A stretch of DNA of 64,000 nt from Clostridia bacterium (GCA_045652705.1 JAZRUV010000001.1:12268-76267), one strand, 5' to 3'. Shown: positions 26,979 to 37,006, counted from the stretch's first letter. Numbers and translations are program-made. Notes: generated by a model from the letters alone, not told the origin.

Positions 26979-27467
26979 TTAATCTTCTAAAACACTATCT
27001 AATACTTGTTTAAAACTTTGTATAAAGTTTTTAGTATTGCTAGTGTATTCTTTGACTTCAAAGCTTTCTGCCTCTTTTATTTTTTCAGCAATTTTATTTT
27101 CGTCCTCAGTACTTAAGATATAACCTTGTTCTGTCATCTTCTTAATTACTTGAAGCTGATGGTCGTTAATGTGTTCACCATACTTTTCAAGTCTTGGTAC
27201 AGCTATAACTTTCTTTTTTAGTTTTAATGCATTAAGTATAGAGCCTACTCCTCCGTGTGTTATTATTATATCAGCTTTTAAAAGATAATTGTTAAATTCA
27301 TCAAAAGGAACATAATTTAACACATTTAAAACCTTAGATTCATACTTAGTATTTCCTGCTTGTACTATAACTTCATCTTTTATTTTACCATCTATTACAG
27401 CTTGTTCCACTGCCTGTATAATCCTTGTAAAAGGTTTGTCTTGTGTTCCAACTGTCAAAAATATCAT
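26979..27467 (-). CDS. PssE/Cps14G-like (Alg13-type) glycosyltransferase subunit
   Basis: Small GT28 C-terminal-domain protein (ITHGGVGS), paired with an Alg14-like gene by a 1-nt overlap. Confidence 0.75.
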   Translation of the reverse strand: MIFLTVGTQDKPFTRIIQAVEQAVIDGKIKDEVIVQAGNTKYESKVLNVLNYVPFDEFNNYLLKADIIITHGGVGSILNALKLKKKVIAVPRLEKYGEHINDHQLQVIKKMTEQGYILSTEDENKIAEKIKEAESFEVKEYTSNTKNFIQSFKQVLDSVLED

Positions 27468-27940
27468 TAAAATATTCCCCCTAGATATGTAGCTTTAGGA
27501 TATACTTTTAACATATCCTCCCACTGCACAATAAACTTATCTGCAAATTTATATATAAACTTACCTGAGCCGGTAGGTGTAAATACATTTGCGTATGTTT
27601 CTATAAATATTATCTTTGCTCCTAAAAGCTTACCAATAATACACATAGGCATTGCTGTATGTGTACCAGTTGTAACCACTGCTTTTGGTCTTATTTTTAT
27701 AAACAAACCTAATGATTTTATAGTATTGAACGTTGTTTTAAAAAAGTATGTAATCTTTTTTACTCTAGTACCATATACCAAATAATGCATTCTCTCTTTA
27801 TATTCCTCCTTAAGCGAAACCGTAGATGCTGTTTTTTCAGTAATTAAGTGAAAATCATAATTCTCAAAAATCGGTTTTAATATCATAAGTTCTGAAAAAT
27901 GACCACCGGTACTAGAAATAAATATAACCTTGTTTTTCAT
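27467..27940 (-). CDS. PssD/Cps14F-like (Alg14-type) glycosyltransferase membrane-associated subunit
   Basis: 157 aa, SSTGGHFSE motif, adjacent to the Alg13-like partner. Confidence 0.7.
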   Translation of the reverse strand: MKNKVIFISSTGGHFSELMILKPIFENYDFHLITEKTASTVSLKEEYKERMHYLVYGTRVKKITYFFKTTFNTIKSLGLFIKIRPKAVVTTGTHTAMPMCIIGKLLGAKIIFIETYANVFTPTGSGKFIYKFADKFIVQWEDMLKVYPKATYLGGIF

Positions 27941-27960
27941 AAAGAAAACTCCTTTATTTA

Positions 27961-28947
27961 TTAATTATATTTTTTACCATTTTGTACAATATAGTTTATA
28001 TGAGATAAAAATCTGTTAAAGTGTTTTATGTATCTACCTTTTATCCCCATTAATTTTAAATATCTATTTCTCTTGTAATTTGGAAAATATTCATTTACTT
28101 TACTAAATGCAAATTCTATTCCCTTGTTATATTTTGTTTTATCTTTGCATTTAGCAAGTCTTTTTGGAAATGTTGTAAATGCATATCTTGCATATAAATA
28201 TTCAAGCTCATCTTTATATTCGTCATATACGCCCTCAGCTTTATAATATTTAAAAACACGCTCCATATTATTTATTATATCATAAAGTTTATCATTGTAA
28301 GTATATGTAATTGAATTTTTTCTTTGTAAGTAATTATATAATGGAACTTTTACTACCCCAACGCTATTTATATGAGGGTAAAGTTTAAGTAGATATTCCA
28401 TATCTTCATACCATACTCCACTTGTAAATTTAACTTTTTTAACAAGTTCTGTTTTATATACTTTGTTCCACACAACAGGATAAAATATTGGCATAGTCTC
28501 TCTTATTTTGTTTTTGTGATATAAATCCCTCATATAACCTGACGCAACAACTTTTGTATCGGAACACGTCTCATACACAAGTCTTGCATCACAAGCTACG
28601 ATATCAAAATCATCTGATTCGATTTTACTTATCATAGTTTCGAAAGCAGTAGGTTCTATGTAATCATCGCTATCTATAAAAGTAATGTATTTACCTGTAG
28701 CCTTGTCTATACCGTCGTTTCTAGCTTCGCTTATGTCATTACGATCCCTTTTTATATATATAACTTGTTCTGAATATTTTTCTTTACACTCTAACATTAT
28801 CTTTTCAGAGCTATCCTCAGATGAGTTATTTATTATTATTAATTCAAAATCTTTAAAACTATTATTAAAAATACTTTGTAAACATTTTTCTAAATACTTT
28901 TCAGTATTCCATACTGGAAGTACTATACTAAGTTTTGGATTTTTCAT
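27961..28947 (-). CDS. Family 2 glycosyltransferase
   Basis: LSIVLPVWN...FIDSDD (DxD) GT-A motifs. Confidence 0.88.
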   Translation of the reverse strand: MKNPKLSIVLPVWNTEKYLEKCLQSIFNNSFKDFELIIINNSSEDSSEKIMLECKEKYSEQVIYIKRDRNDISEARNDGIDKATGKYITFIDSDDYIEPTAFETMISKIESDDFDIVACDARLVYETCSDTKVVASGYMRDLYHKNKIRETMPIFYPVVWNKVYKTELVKKVKFTSGVWYEDMEYLLKLYPHINSVGVVKVPLYNYLQRKNSITYTYNDKLYDIINNMERVFKYYKAEGVYDEYKDELEYLYARYAFTTFPKRLAKCKDKTKYNKGIEFAFSKVNEYFPNYKRNRYLKLMGIKGRYIKHFNRFLSHINYIVQNGKKYN

Positions 28948-30529
28948 CTATCTTCTCACTCCTATAGAAATTTGTAACAATTCCCGCCACAATACCTAAA
29001 TAAATTGAAATTATATACTCATCTATTACGTGTCCTGCAAAGTAACCTGTAAAGTACGTCATAACTATAGCGAGTACATAAACTGCAAACTCCATATTTA
29101 TTATATCAAATAAATGCTTTCTACATCTATACAAAGAATATATAATACCTAGTAAAAATGGAGATACAAAAAGTACTATTCCTACTATACCCAAATTATA
29201 ATAATGAGATATAAGGTCGTTTTCTATCATATAGCCTCTAGAATTTAATGGAGTTGCTCCCATACCAAACAATGTATCTAATAGCACATTATCATTATTT
29301 TGTTTTATACGCTTAATAATCGCAATTTGTCTTCCCCTATTATCTCCTTTTACAGATATAGGCATATCAAAAATTTCTAACCAAAAGTCTAGGTCATCTT
29401 GATATGGATAAATTTCTAAAATATATTTATTTGTTATATAATGATACTTATACATTTCAGATATATATTTACTCTTAGCAGCTATTATTAAGTCTCCCTT
29501 TAATCCCTTTGTATATCTTTTTAATTTAGCCTCGTCTGCAAGTATCTTTCTAAATTCTTCTACTGACATATATTGGGCTTGGTCTATTTCGACCATCTCT
29601 TCATTATACATTCCTTCATGTTCTGAAGCGAATGCTCTTGTATTTGAAGGAGAATGTATATATAAAACTACTGCTACTATTAAAACTGTACTTAGGCCAA
29701 TTATATTTTGTAATTTCAACTTAAATCTCTTGGTAAAATATAATATGGCATACATTACTATCATAGCTACAAATACTAGTATCCAACCGTAATTTGCAAC
29801 TCTAGTACCTACTAACACCATACTTACTACTTGTAGTAGGACTACTATATATAAATACCATTTACATTCTCTTACTGTGTAATATATAGTCATAGGAAGT
29901 AAAAATACAAGTAACGCCCCAATTTGATTTGCAGAAACAAAATAGCCTTTAGAAAGCGTTTTATCATATGTTAGGTCATCTTTTATAAACCAATCTATTA
30001 CATTATACTCTATTTTTCCATTTGTCTGAGAATACGACGCATATGACACTTCAAATATATTAGTTATTATAATTACTAAAGATATAAAAGCTACTACCGC
30101 TAGTATAACTTTAAACAAATCTTCTTTTGATGGTTTTGTTATTATTACAATATATATTAAAAATACTGGTATTATAAGCCTTAATACATACAATATTTCT
30201 GTTAAGAAACTATATATTCCCTCTGTTATAAAATAACCATCAGAACTTATTATATTTAAATGATGTAATAAACTATAAATTATTACAACTAACAAATACC
30301 CTAAAATCGCATAAGCATATTTAATATGATATTTATATTTTATTTGGCTAATAACAACAATTGCAAATATTGTTATTACAAATATTGTTCTTAGCAACGT
30401 TGCTATAGAAATGCCAAATACATCAAACGCATCACCTACAAGTGCCATATAAACATCTAATAGTGGTTGTAATACCAAAAATATCATAAGTAGCTTATTC
30501 AGTTTTTCGTATAGTTTACATTGTTTCAA
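28928..30529 (-). CDS. O-antigen polymerase/ligase (Wzy)-like polytopic membrane protein
   Basis: 533 aa with more than 10 hydrophobic helices and one large loop, sited inside the glycan locus. Confidence 0.65.
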   Translation of the reverse strand: MKQCKLYEKLNKLLMIFLVLQPLLDVYMALVGDAFDVFGISIATLLRTIFVITIFAIVVISQIKYKYHIKYAYAILGYLLVVIIYSLLHHLNIISSDGYFITEGIYSFLTEILYVLRLIIPVFLIYIVIITKPSKEDLFKVILAVVAFISLVIIITNIFEVSYASYSQTNGKIEYNVIDWFIKDDLTYDKTLSKGYFVSANQIGALLVFLLPMTIYYTVRECKWYLYIVVLLQVVSMVLVGTRVANYGWILVFVAMIVMYAILYFTKRFKLKLQNIIGLSTVLIVAVVLYIHSPSNTRAFASEHEGMYNEEMVEIDQAQYMSVEEFRKILADEAKLKRYTKGLKGDLIIAAKSKYISEMYKYHYITNKYILEIYPYQDDLDFWLEIFDMPISVKGDNRGRQIAIIKRIKQNNDNVLLDTLFGMGATPLNSRGYMIENDLISHYYNLGIVGIVLFVSPFLLGIIYSLYRCRKHLFDIINMEFAVYVLAIVMTYFTGYFAGHVIDEYIISIYLGIVAGIVTNFYRSEKIDEKSKT

Positions 30530-30530
30530 T

Positions 30531-31715
30531 TTATTCCTCCAATAATTTTGTGATTTTATCTAATATTTCTTTGTTTTTTGTTTCATAAGAATAATCCTTA
30601 ACTTGTTTTCTTAAATTGTCTACAAGTTCTTTATTCGTTATAGCCTGTTTTACTCCATTATATATTCCTTGTTCAGAGTTTTCTACCACTATTCCAAATT
30701 TATCTTGTATTAATTCTTTAGTATAGGCAACATCTGTTGTAATTACAGGAAGTCCCAATGTTAAAGCTTCAACTCTTACCATTCCGAACGATTCAGATAA
30801 AGAGGATAATACAAACATATCGCACTCTTTCATAAGAGCATAAGGACTATATGTTATTTTATTACTTTCTATTATATCTATATTATCTTGTAAATTTAGT
30901 CGAATTATATCGCCTAATAATTTCTCTTTATATTCTCCATAGCCTATTATATAAGCGTGAACATTTGCAATGTCTATTTCTTGTTTTAGGGTATATAGTG
31001 CTTTAATAATTCTTTCAAATCCTTTTTCAGGGCAAAATCTGCCTAACGTTACAAGATTCCATTTTGATTTATCTATTGCTATATTGTTTGCAGTAATTTC
31101 ATTATTTGCTTTTTCTAATATAGCTTTAGTGTCTATATAGTTTTCTATTACAAATGTTTTGTCTTCATTTCCATATATTTTACAAAATGATTTTTTAGCA
31201 TCTTCAGATACTGTTATATGTTTATCAAATAGGTTAAAAATTTCTTTAAATGTGTTTTCATATCTTTTTGTTCTGTTATATGTTGCATAATCTTCATGTA
31301 TCCAATTTGTTTTTCTTTTTGAGTTACCATAGGCTACAAAAGCAGAACAAAAGCCGGCTTTAAAAGCGATTTCTACATCATAATTTGCAAGGCCCATATT
31401 TTTTCTTTGCCTTTTAATAAGCTTTACTATTTTGCCCGTTTTAAGCCTGTATGACATACATACTTTCTTTATAGCCTGTCCCAACTTAAAGCCTTTAAGT
31501 AAGCTCTTAAAATCTCGGTCTATTACATTAAATACTTTAGGACCATATATAATATTTATATTTTTATCTATATTTTCTAGTCTATCTCCGCTGTTATGCA
31601 AAACTAATATGTCTATGGCATACTTTGTTATATCTAAGTTGTTAAGTATATTTTCAAGAAGTATACTTACCCCACCTAGTTTTCTTTCATCTACGACAAA
31701 CAGTACCTTTTTCAC
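30531..31715 (-). CDS. Family 4 (GT-B) glycosyltransferase
   Basis: The C-terminal SESFGMVRVEALTLGLPVITTD motif is the EX7E region of GT4. Confidence 0.88.
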   Translation of the reverse strand: MKKVLFVVDERKLGGVSILLENILNNLDITKYAIDILVLHNSGDRLENIDKNINIIYGPKVFNVIDRDFKSLLKGFKLGQAIKKVCMSYRLKTGKIVKLIKRQRKNMGLANYDVEIAFKAGFCSAFVAYGNSKRKTNWIHEDYATYNRTKRYENTFKEIFNLFDKHITVSEDAKKSFCKIYGNEDKTFVIENYIDTKAILEKANNEITANNIAIDKSKWNLVTLGRFCPEKGFERIIKALYTLKQEIDIANVHAYIIGYGEYKEKLLGDIIRLNLQDNIDIIESNKITYSPYALMKECDMFVLSSLSESFGMVRVEALTLGLPVITTDVAYTKELIQDKFGIVVENSEQGIYNGVKQAITNKELVDNLRKQVKDYSYETKNKEILDKITKLLEE

Positions 31716-31737
31716 TATATCACCTTTTATTTATATT

Positions 31738-32877
31738 CTAACTTTTATTTTTTCTTAATTTGCTTATAATTCTTCTTGCTAAACGTTCCCTACTCATCTT
31801 GTTTATATACTCTAGTACATTTTCATCTTTTATATTATCTAGTCTTTTAAAGAATTTTTCTCTATTTCTGTGAGGATTGTCTGGTTTTTTATGGTTATAT
31901 TTAAATACATCTAGTGTCTCATCTAATTTATATAACGTTAACCCTTGTACATCTTTAAAAAACTCCTGTCCTTTTCCCGTATTAAGTAATATTAAAGATG
32001 TCCCATTTTGGTAATTAGATATATTTGTTAGTTTATCTACTCCCCAAAAATCCCCAAGCGTTATATCCGCAAAGTTATATGGTTTAATAAACTTACAGTC
32101 GTAACAGCAAGGCCTGTTTAGAGTAGCTCTTAAAAATGCCGTTAAGAAAGTTAATTCTTCCTCACGAGTACCATCTGCATATTCTACTATAGGTTTTAAA
32201 TTATCCCAACCGTTAGATTTAGCTCTAAACGAATAACTTTTAATCTTTGAACCTCGTTTTAATTCTAGCGCCTTAATATATCTTTTAAATACTTTAGGTG
32301 AAGGGTTCGAGTGGCAAATTATATCGCACAAAATTAAATTTGGATAATCTTTATTTAAATATGTACTAAGTCCTGCTGTTTGACAAGGTGTCCCAGTAAA
32401 CAACACTTGTTTACCAGCTTTTAAATCTTGTTTAACACTTTCATATATACCTGAAATATTACTTCGTAGATATTTAGAACCACGGAACTTAAAAGCTTGC
32501 TCTAGAGTATCTGCTCTCATATGTACCACTTCAAAGTTTTTGTTATATGCCACTCCGTAGCAGACTGCATCTTTATTTTCAAATAGTTTCTTAACAAGTG
32601 CACTAAATGCTCCACCTGATGTGCTTTCAGATAATATCTGCGCGTCGTTATTTATTGCAGCATAAGAGATATATTTTCTATCTTCAGCTTTAGAATAGTT
32701 GCTACAAGTATTTAAGCACTTACCACATTTAATACATTTTTCTTCCATAATTCTTGGATATATAAAGCCTTCACTGTCCTCTACCATTTCTATTGCACCT
32801 TTAGGGCATATTAAAGCACAGGCTGTACAACCATTACAGGTTTTCTTATCTTTGGTTTTTAAATATATGTTTTCCAA
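31738..32877 (-). CDS. 4Fe-4S ferredoxin-domain / coenzyme F420 hydrogenase beta-subunit-like protein
   Basis: CNGCTACALICP and CIKCGKCLNTC clusters at the N-terminus. This family commonly accompanies polysaccharide pyruvyl transferases. Confidence 0.7.
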   Translation of the reverse strand: MENIYLKTKDKKTCNGCTACALICPKGAIEMVEDSEGFIYPRIMEEKCIKCGKCLNTCSNYSKAEDRKYISYAAINNDAQILSESTSGGAFSALVKKLFENKDAVCYGVAYNKNFEVVHMRADTLEQAFKFRGSKYLRSNISGIYESVKQDLKAGKQVLFTGTPCQTAGLSTYLNKDYPNLILCDIICHSNPSPKVFKRYIKALELKRGSKIKSYSFRAKSNGWDNLKPIVEYADGTREEELTFLTAFLRATLNRPCCYDCKFIKPYNFADITLGDFWGVDKLTNISNYQNGTSLILLNTGKGQEFFKDVQGLTLYKLDETLDVFKYNHKKPDNPHRNREKFFKRLDNIKDENVLEYINKMSRERLARRIISKLRKNKS

Positions 32878-32878
32878 A

Positions 32879-34294
32879 TTAAGCTTCTCCTTTTGAAAAT
32901 TTTCTTTTTAATATTTTCCCAATTGATTTAAATGAATTTTTGTTATATAGCACTGAGAACATTACAACCGCTACAAGCATAACCACATTTAGCCAATTTA
33001 TATTTATATAATACATTATAAATGTAGCCACAAACGCTATAAACATAGAAGTTAGCATTTTAATGTCCCATTTCACTTTTACATACTTTCTACAGTCTAT
33101 TCCTCTGTATATAAACATTGCAAGATATGCCACTGCAGTAGATAATGATGCCGCATAAAGTCCTATATATTTTATTAAAGCAACATTTACTACTATATTT
33201 ATAACAGCTGCAAAAAATGACGTTTTAGAAATATCCTTTGTGCGTTTCATTGCAACATATATTGCGCTTATTAATCCCACTCCTACGTTAAATAAGGACG
33301 ATAACATAAGAAGTGGTATTTGGTTATATGCTTCACTAAATTTAGCATTTATTAACATTGGAAATATAAAAGGAGTTATCCCAATTATTATAAGTGCAAA
33401 ACACCCAAACACTTTAAATACTGTATTTATTGTTTTAGAAAAATATTCATCTTTATCATGATCATTTATATGCACTGCTGCTGATTCTGTCCAAGCTACG
33501 TTAAATATGTTGTATGCGTTTATATACATTCCAGAAAATTTATTTGCCGCTGCATATATACCGTTTGCTGCAACAGACATCATACTAGAAATTATTGTTC
33601 TATCTGATACGTTTATTACCCACCAAGATATTGCGTTTGGTATCAAGGCTGCTGCGTATTTTACCATTGCCTTCAATAGTTTAGAACTAAACATTTTAGG
33701 CACAATATATTTATAGGTCTTTTTAGATAGTAACAAGTATATTGTAGCCAATATATTAGCTATAAATATAGCTAGAAACATTCCACTAACACCAAGTTCT
33801 AATATTACTATAAATAACACATTAAGTATTACAGTAAATGCGGCTACTATAAAGCTCCCTATTGAATACTGAGCGTTGTTTCCTAAACCTCTTGCCACTT
33901 GCAACATAAGTGTAGATAATATAGTTGCAAATACATTTATCAAAAGATAATATTTATACTCGTTAGATATAAACGGAGCTATACACATAAATATTACTGT
34001 ATATGCCATTATACCTATCACAACAAGTGTAAAAGCACTTGTAATAAGTTTTGTCTTGTCTTCTTCATTTTGTCTTGCGTCTATTAAAAATCTAAATAGT
34101 GCTTGTTCTATTTGTATTGTAAGAATTGGTACAAGTAATGCTACTATTGTATTAAATAGGTCAACTACACCAAATTCTGTTGTACTAAATACAGCTGTGT
34201 AAAGAGGAAGTAAGAAAAAACTTATCATTTGTGTACATACTCTTCCTATTGTTATTATTCCTGTATTTTTTATTAATTCCTTTTCCCTAGACAT
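32879..34294 (-). CDS. Wzx-type polysaccharide flippase (MOP superfamily)
   Basis: 471 aa with about 12-14 TM helices, sited in the glycan locus. Confidence 0.8.
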   Translation of the reverse strand: MSREKELIKNTGIITIGRVCTQMISFFLLPLYTAVFSTTEFGVVDLFNTIVALLVPILTIQIEQALFRFLIDARQNEEDKTKLITSAFTLVVIGIMAYTVIFMCIAPFISNEYKYYLLINVFATILSTLMLQVARGLGNNAQYSIGSFIVAAFTVILNVLFIVILELGVSGMFLAIFIANILATIYLLLSKKTYKYIVPKMFSSKLLKAMVKYAAALIPNAISWWVINVSDRTIISSMMSVAANGIYAAANKFSGMYINAYNIFNVAWTESAAVHINDHDKDEYFSKTINTVFKVFGCFALIIIGITPFIFPMLINAKFSEAYNQIPLLMLSSLFNVGVGLISAIYVAMKRTKDISKTSFFAAVINIVVNVALIKYIGLYAASLSTAVAYLAMFIYRGIDCRKYVKVKWDIKMLTSMFIAFVATFIMYYININWLNVVMLVAVVMFSVLYNKNSFKSIGKILKRKFSKGEA

Positions 34295-34302
34295 AGTCTA
34301 TC

Positions 34303-35394
34303 TTAAAGTACCCCTTTCTTTAAATATTCTATAGACTGAGACTTCATCTCCTCTATTTTTTCTTTTGCGTATGTATAATCTATCTCTTTATCGAAGTTTA
34401 TATTTTCCATATTCTCTACAATTCTAGAACTCAAGTTCAATGTGCCAAGTAAATCTTTTATTCTACCAGCTCTAGCTATAGGCAGTACTGAATAAAATTT
34501 CTTTTCATAAATTATACTAAACACTGTTCCGTGAAACGAATTGGTTATTACATATTCTGCGTTTTTAAAAGCATTTACAAAGTCTATTGGGCCTTTAGAA
34601 TATAAATTCATATATTCATTATCATAAGCGTTATATTTTCTAAAATGTATTACCTTAAGTCCGGTAATTTTAGATATATAATTTGCAATTTTAGTTACTT
34701 CATCACTTTCAAACAAAGTATATACCAAAATATATTTTTTGTCTTTTAAATTTATAGTAGCATTATTAGAGATTAACTTGTCCCAATCAGATTTATCTAA
34801 AAGTAGTGTTGGGTCAATTACTTGCTCTACTTTTTTACCACAAATATTTTCTAATGGATTAATTATGCTTTGTTCTCTTACAGATATATAATCTAGTTTT
34901 TCCGTTTTAGTTTTAAAGTCTAATGCATGTTTCTGTAATAATTCCTCATTACCTAAACTAGCGCCATATATTACTCTTTTAATATTTTTATCTGTTTTAA
35001 AGTTTAATGTATATATGTCAGACAGACCATCTGTTAATTCTGGATTCCATATTTGGTCGCTACCTGCCAAAAACACATCACCAGTTTCAACGTCTTGTTC
35101 TATTTGAGAAATCTCTGTATACTTCTTACTATTAGCATCTAGGTATGCATCACTAAAGCTCTTAAAACTTATTTTCCTTTTTAAGTTACGTGGTAAAAAA
35201 CACAAACTTGAAAAAAAAGATTTAAGAGAATTTGTTCTTATTAATTTGTAATCTGCAAGTATTGCTTTATTTTCATAATTTACAAATGATGGATTTGTTC
35301 CAAGCTTTTTTAATGTTTCTTTTAACGCATAAGCTTGAAGTGTTGCGCCGTAATTTTCTGCATTATGAAAAGTAAGCATCTTAACTTTTAGCAT
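34303..35394 (-). CDS. Polysaccharide pyruvyl transferase family protein
   Basis: MLTFHNAENYGATLQAYAL N-terminus and GSDQIWNP motif, typical of the family. Confidence 0.8.
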   Translation of the reverse strand: MLKVKMLTFHNAENYGATLQAYALKETLKKLGTNPSFVNYENKAILADYKLIRTNSLKSFFSSLCFLPRNLKRKISFKSFSDAYLDANSKKYTEISQIEQDVETGDVFLAGSDQIWNPELTDGLSDIYTLNFKTDKNIKRVIYGASLGNEELLQKHALDFKTKTEKLDYISVREQSIINPLENICGKKVEQVIDPTLLLDKSDWDKLISNNATINLKDKKYILVYTLFESDEVTKIANYISKITGLKVIHFRKYNAYDNEYMNLYSKGPIDFVNAFKNAEYVITNSFHGTVFSIIYEKKFYSVLPIARAGRIKDLLGTLNLSSRIVENMENINFDKEIDYTYAKEKIEEMKSQSIEYLKKGVL

Positions 35395-35412
35395 TTAATT
35401 TTCACCACAAAT

Positions 35413-35441
35413 ATTATACCAAATATTGGTGAGTATATCAA
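35413..35441 (-). promoter_or_regulatory. Near-consensus sigma-A promoter of the polysaccharide operon
   Basis: Minus strand: TTGATA (35436-35441), 17-nt spacer, TATAAT (35413-35418). It overlaps an imperfect palindrome CACCA(CA)AATATT...AATATTGGTG. Confidence 0.65.
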
Positions 35442-35480
35442 GGAAATACTAGAAATATCTGTATTTCTATGAGTAAAGAA

Positions 35481-35513
35481 AACACCCTACATACAATTTG
35501 TACGTAGAGTGTT
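35481..35513 (-). terminator. Rho-independent terminator ending the XRE/small-ORF unit
   Basis: Minus strand AACACTCTACGTACA-AATT-GTATGTAGGGTGTT followed by TTCTTTAC. Confidence 0.7.
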
Positions 35514-35527
35514 TATAATGCTTTATA

Positions 35528-35599
35528 CTACAACCTGTCTGACCAAATAGCTATAAGAAGAGGAATGAATATCACAAGGAAATTTATTAATATGTCCAT
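35528..35599 (-). CDS. 23-codon hydrophobic small ORF (MDILINFLVIFIPLLIAIWSDRL)
   Basis: ATG 35599, TAG 35528-35530, AAAGGA 9 nt upstream. Below the ORF-track cutoff and found by hand translation. Confidence 0.35.
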   Translation of the reverse strand: MDILINFLVIFIPLLIAIWSDRL

Positions 35600-35685
35600 A
35601 TTTCTTATCCTTTCAAACTACAATGTCATCTTTTTGTTCGAATCGCTTTTGTTGAACTTCATCTTGCTTGTCTTCTTTTAATATT

Positions 35686-35757
35686 TTAATGAGATATAAA
35701 CCATTAAAAATCGTGTATAACGCAAGAGTAATTACTATAAACCAATCGTCTGACATT
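35686..35757 (-). CDS. 23-codon hydrophobic small ORF (MSDDWFIVITLALYTIFNGFISH)
   Basis: ATG 35757 lies 10 nt after the XRE gene stop and is preceded by AGGAGAAAG. TAA at 35686-35688. Confidence 0.4.
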
Positions 35758-35767
35758 ACTTTCTCCT

Positions 35768-36280
35768 TTAGTAGTTGTTTATTATATGTGTAAGATAAAT
35801 ATAGTATACTTGCTCATCCGTATCTTCCAGCTGTCTGTCAACTATTTCGGGTACATCAAACATACCTGTTATAAACTCAATTTTTTTCTTATAACTCACC
35901 GGTCCAAGATGCTGTTCGATGGTTTCATTAGCAGATTCAACATTATCCGCGAGTATAATTAAGCTGTATGCTAACCTTCGCGAAATTTTACCTCTATTGC
36001 TTTCAATCATTATTAATGCTTTTGTAAGTGCTCGCCTATATTTCCTTTCTTCTTCGAACAAACTATTAGTATAATATTTTTCCAATTTAATAATCTGTTC
36101 CATCCTCAAGCCATAACCCGCCGCCAGTTTAACAAGACATTCTTTACTTACATTTATCTTTTTTCCTGTCTCCAATTCGCTTATGTAAATAGCGCTTACA
36201 CTCGTAGCTTCGCTTGCCTGTTTACGTGACATATTATTAGCAATTCTTATAATTTTTAATACCTTGCCAATATTTTGCAT
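35768..36280 (-). CDS. XRE-family HTH transcriptional regulator with a helical C-terminal domain
   Basis: HTH region KIIRIANNMSRKQASEATSVSAIYISELETGK. Start at MQNIGK (ATG 36280; AAAGGAG upstream). Confidence 0.8.
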   Translation of the reverse strand: MQNIGKVLKIIRIANNMSRKQASEATSVSAIYISELETGKKINVSKECLVKLAAGYGLRMEQIIKLEKYYTNSLFEEERKYRRALTKALIMIESNRGKISRRLAYSLIILADNVESANETIEQHLGPVSYKKKIEFITGMFDVPEIVDRQLEDTDEQVYYIYLTHIINNY

Positions 36281-36400
36281 AAACAAATCTCCTTTTAAAT
36301 TTTGTATAAGGTTCATATATGTTACGTAAACATTATAACATACAAACCATATTTTGACAAGACAGCAAAAAGATAGGCGCCCCAGCCTATCTTTACTACA

Positions 36401-37006
36401 TTATAATTCTTCTGTTTTAAATGACATATAACCTTCATATAGATAGCTGTTATCTATGCCTTTCATATATACTTGTCTGTCATTAACCTTATCTGTTAAA
36501 GCTTGTTTTAATAGCTCTTTAATTTCTATGTCTTTTATTGGGCTACGTTCCATCGCAAGTAAATAGTCTGTTTTATCCACTTTACTCCAGTCAACAACTA
36601 CGCCCAACTCTTTTTTAAAAATTAAGTCTAACCATATTCTTGTACTTCTTCCATTTCCTTCTCTAAACGGATGGGCAATATTCATCTCTACATATTTTTT
36701 CACTATCTCTTCAAAAGTAGATTGTGGCATTTTCTCAATGTTTTTAATTGCTTCATCAAGATATGCAAGAGGAGTAAATCTAAAATTATCTTTTGCTATA
36801 TCCACTTTTCTAATAGTACCTGCAAATTCATATATTTCGCCAAATAGGAAATTGTGAATTTTGCTTAATGTTCCAAATGTTCCCGGTTCTAGCGCATCTA
36901 GATAACCCGTTTCAAACATTTCTTTTGCACGAACCTTACTACGTCTTTCTTCCTCACTTGCTAATTCTGCAGGATTAGTAATATTTAATTTGTATTCTAA
37001 AATCAT
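36401..37006 (-). CDS. fic: Fic-domain AMPylase, class III (C-terminal autoinhibitory helix)
   Basis: Fic motif HPFREGNGRSTR. C-terminal SYLYEG matches the inhibitory (S/T)xxxE(G/N) motif. Confidence 0.88.
   Translation of the reverse strand: MILEYKLNITNPAELASEEERRSKVRAKEMFETGYLDALEPGTFGTLSKIHNFLFGEIYEFAGTIRKVDIAKDNFRFTPLAYLDEAIKNIEKMPQSTFEEIVKKYVEMNIAHPFREGNGRSTRIWLDLIFKKELGVVVDWSKVDKTDYLLAMERSPIKDIEIKELLKQALTDKVNDRQVYMKGIDNSYLYEGYMSFKTEEL

Noticed and set aside
35211-35219. Poly-A/T run inside the pyruvyl transferase gene as a slipped-strand phase-variation tract
   Set aside because: Runs of 7-9 A/T are frequent throughout this very AT-rich sequence. The frame is intact, and there is no evidence of variability from a single sequence.
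35613-35757. A longer, about 47-aa ORF downstream of the XRE gene
   Set aside because: Careful codon-by-codon translation shows an in-frame TAA at 35686-35688, so the ORF is only 23 codons.
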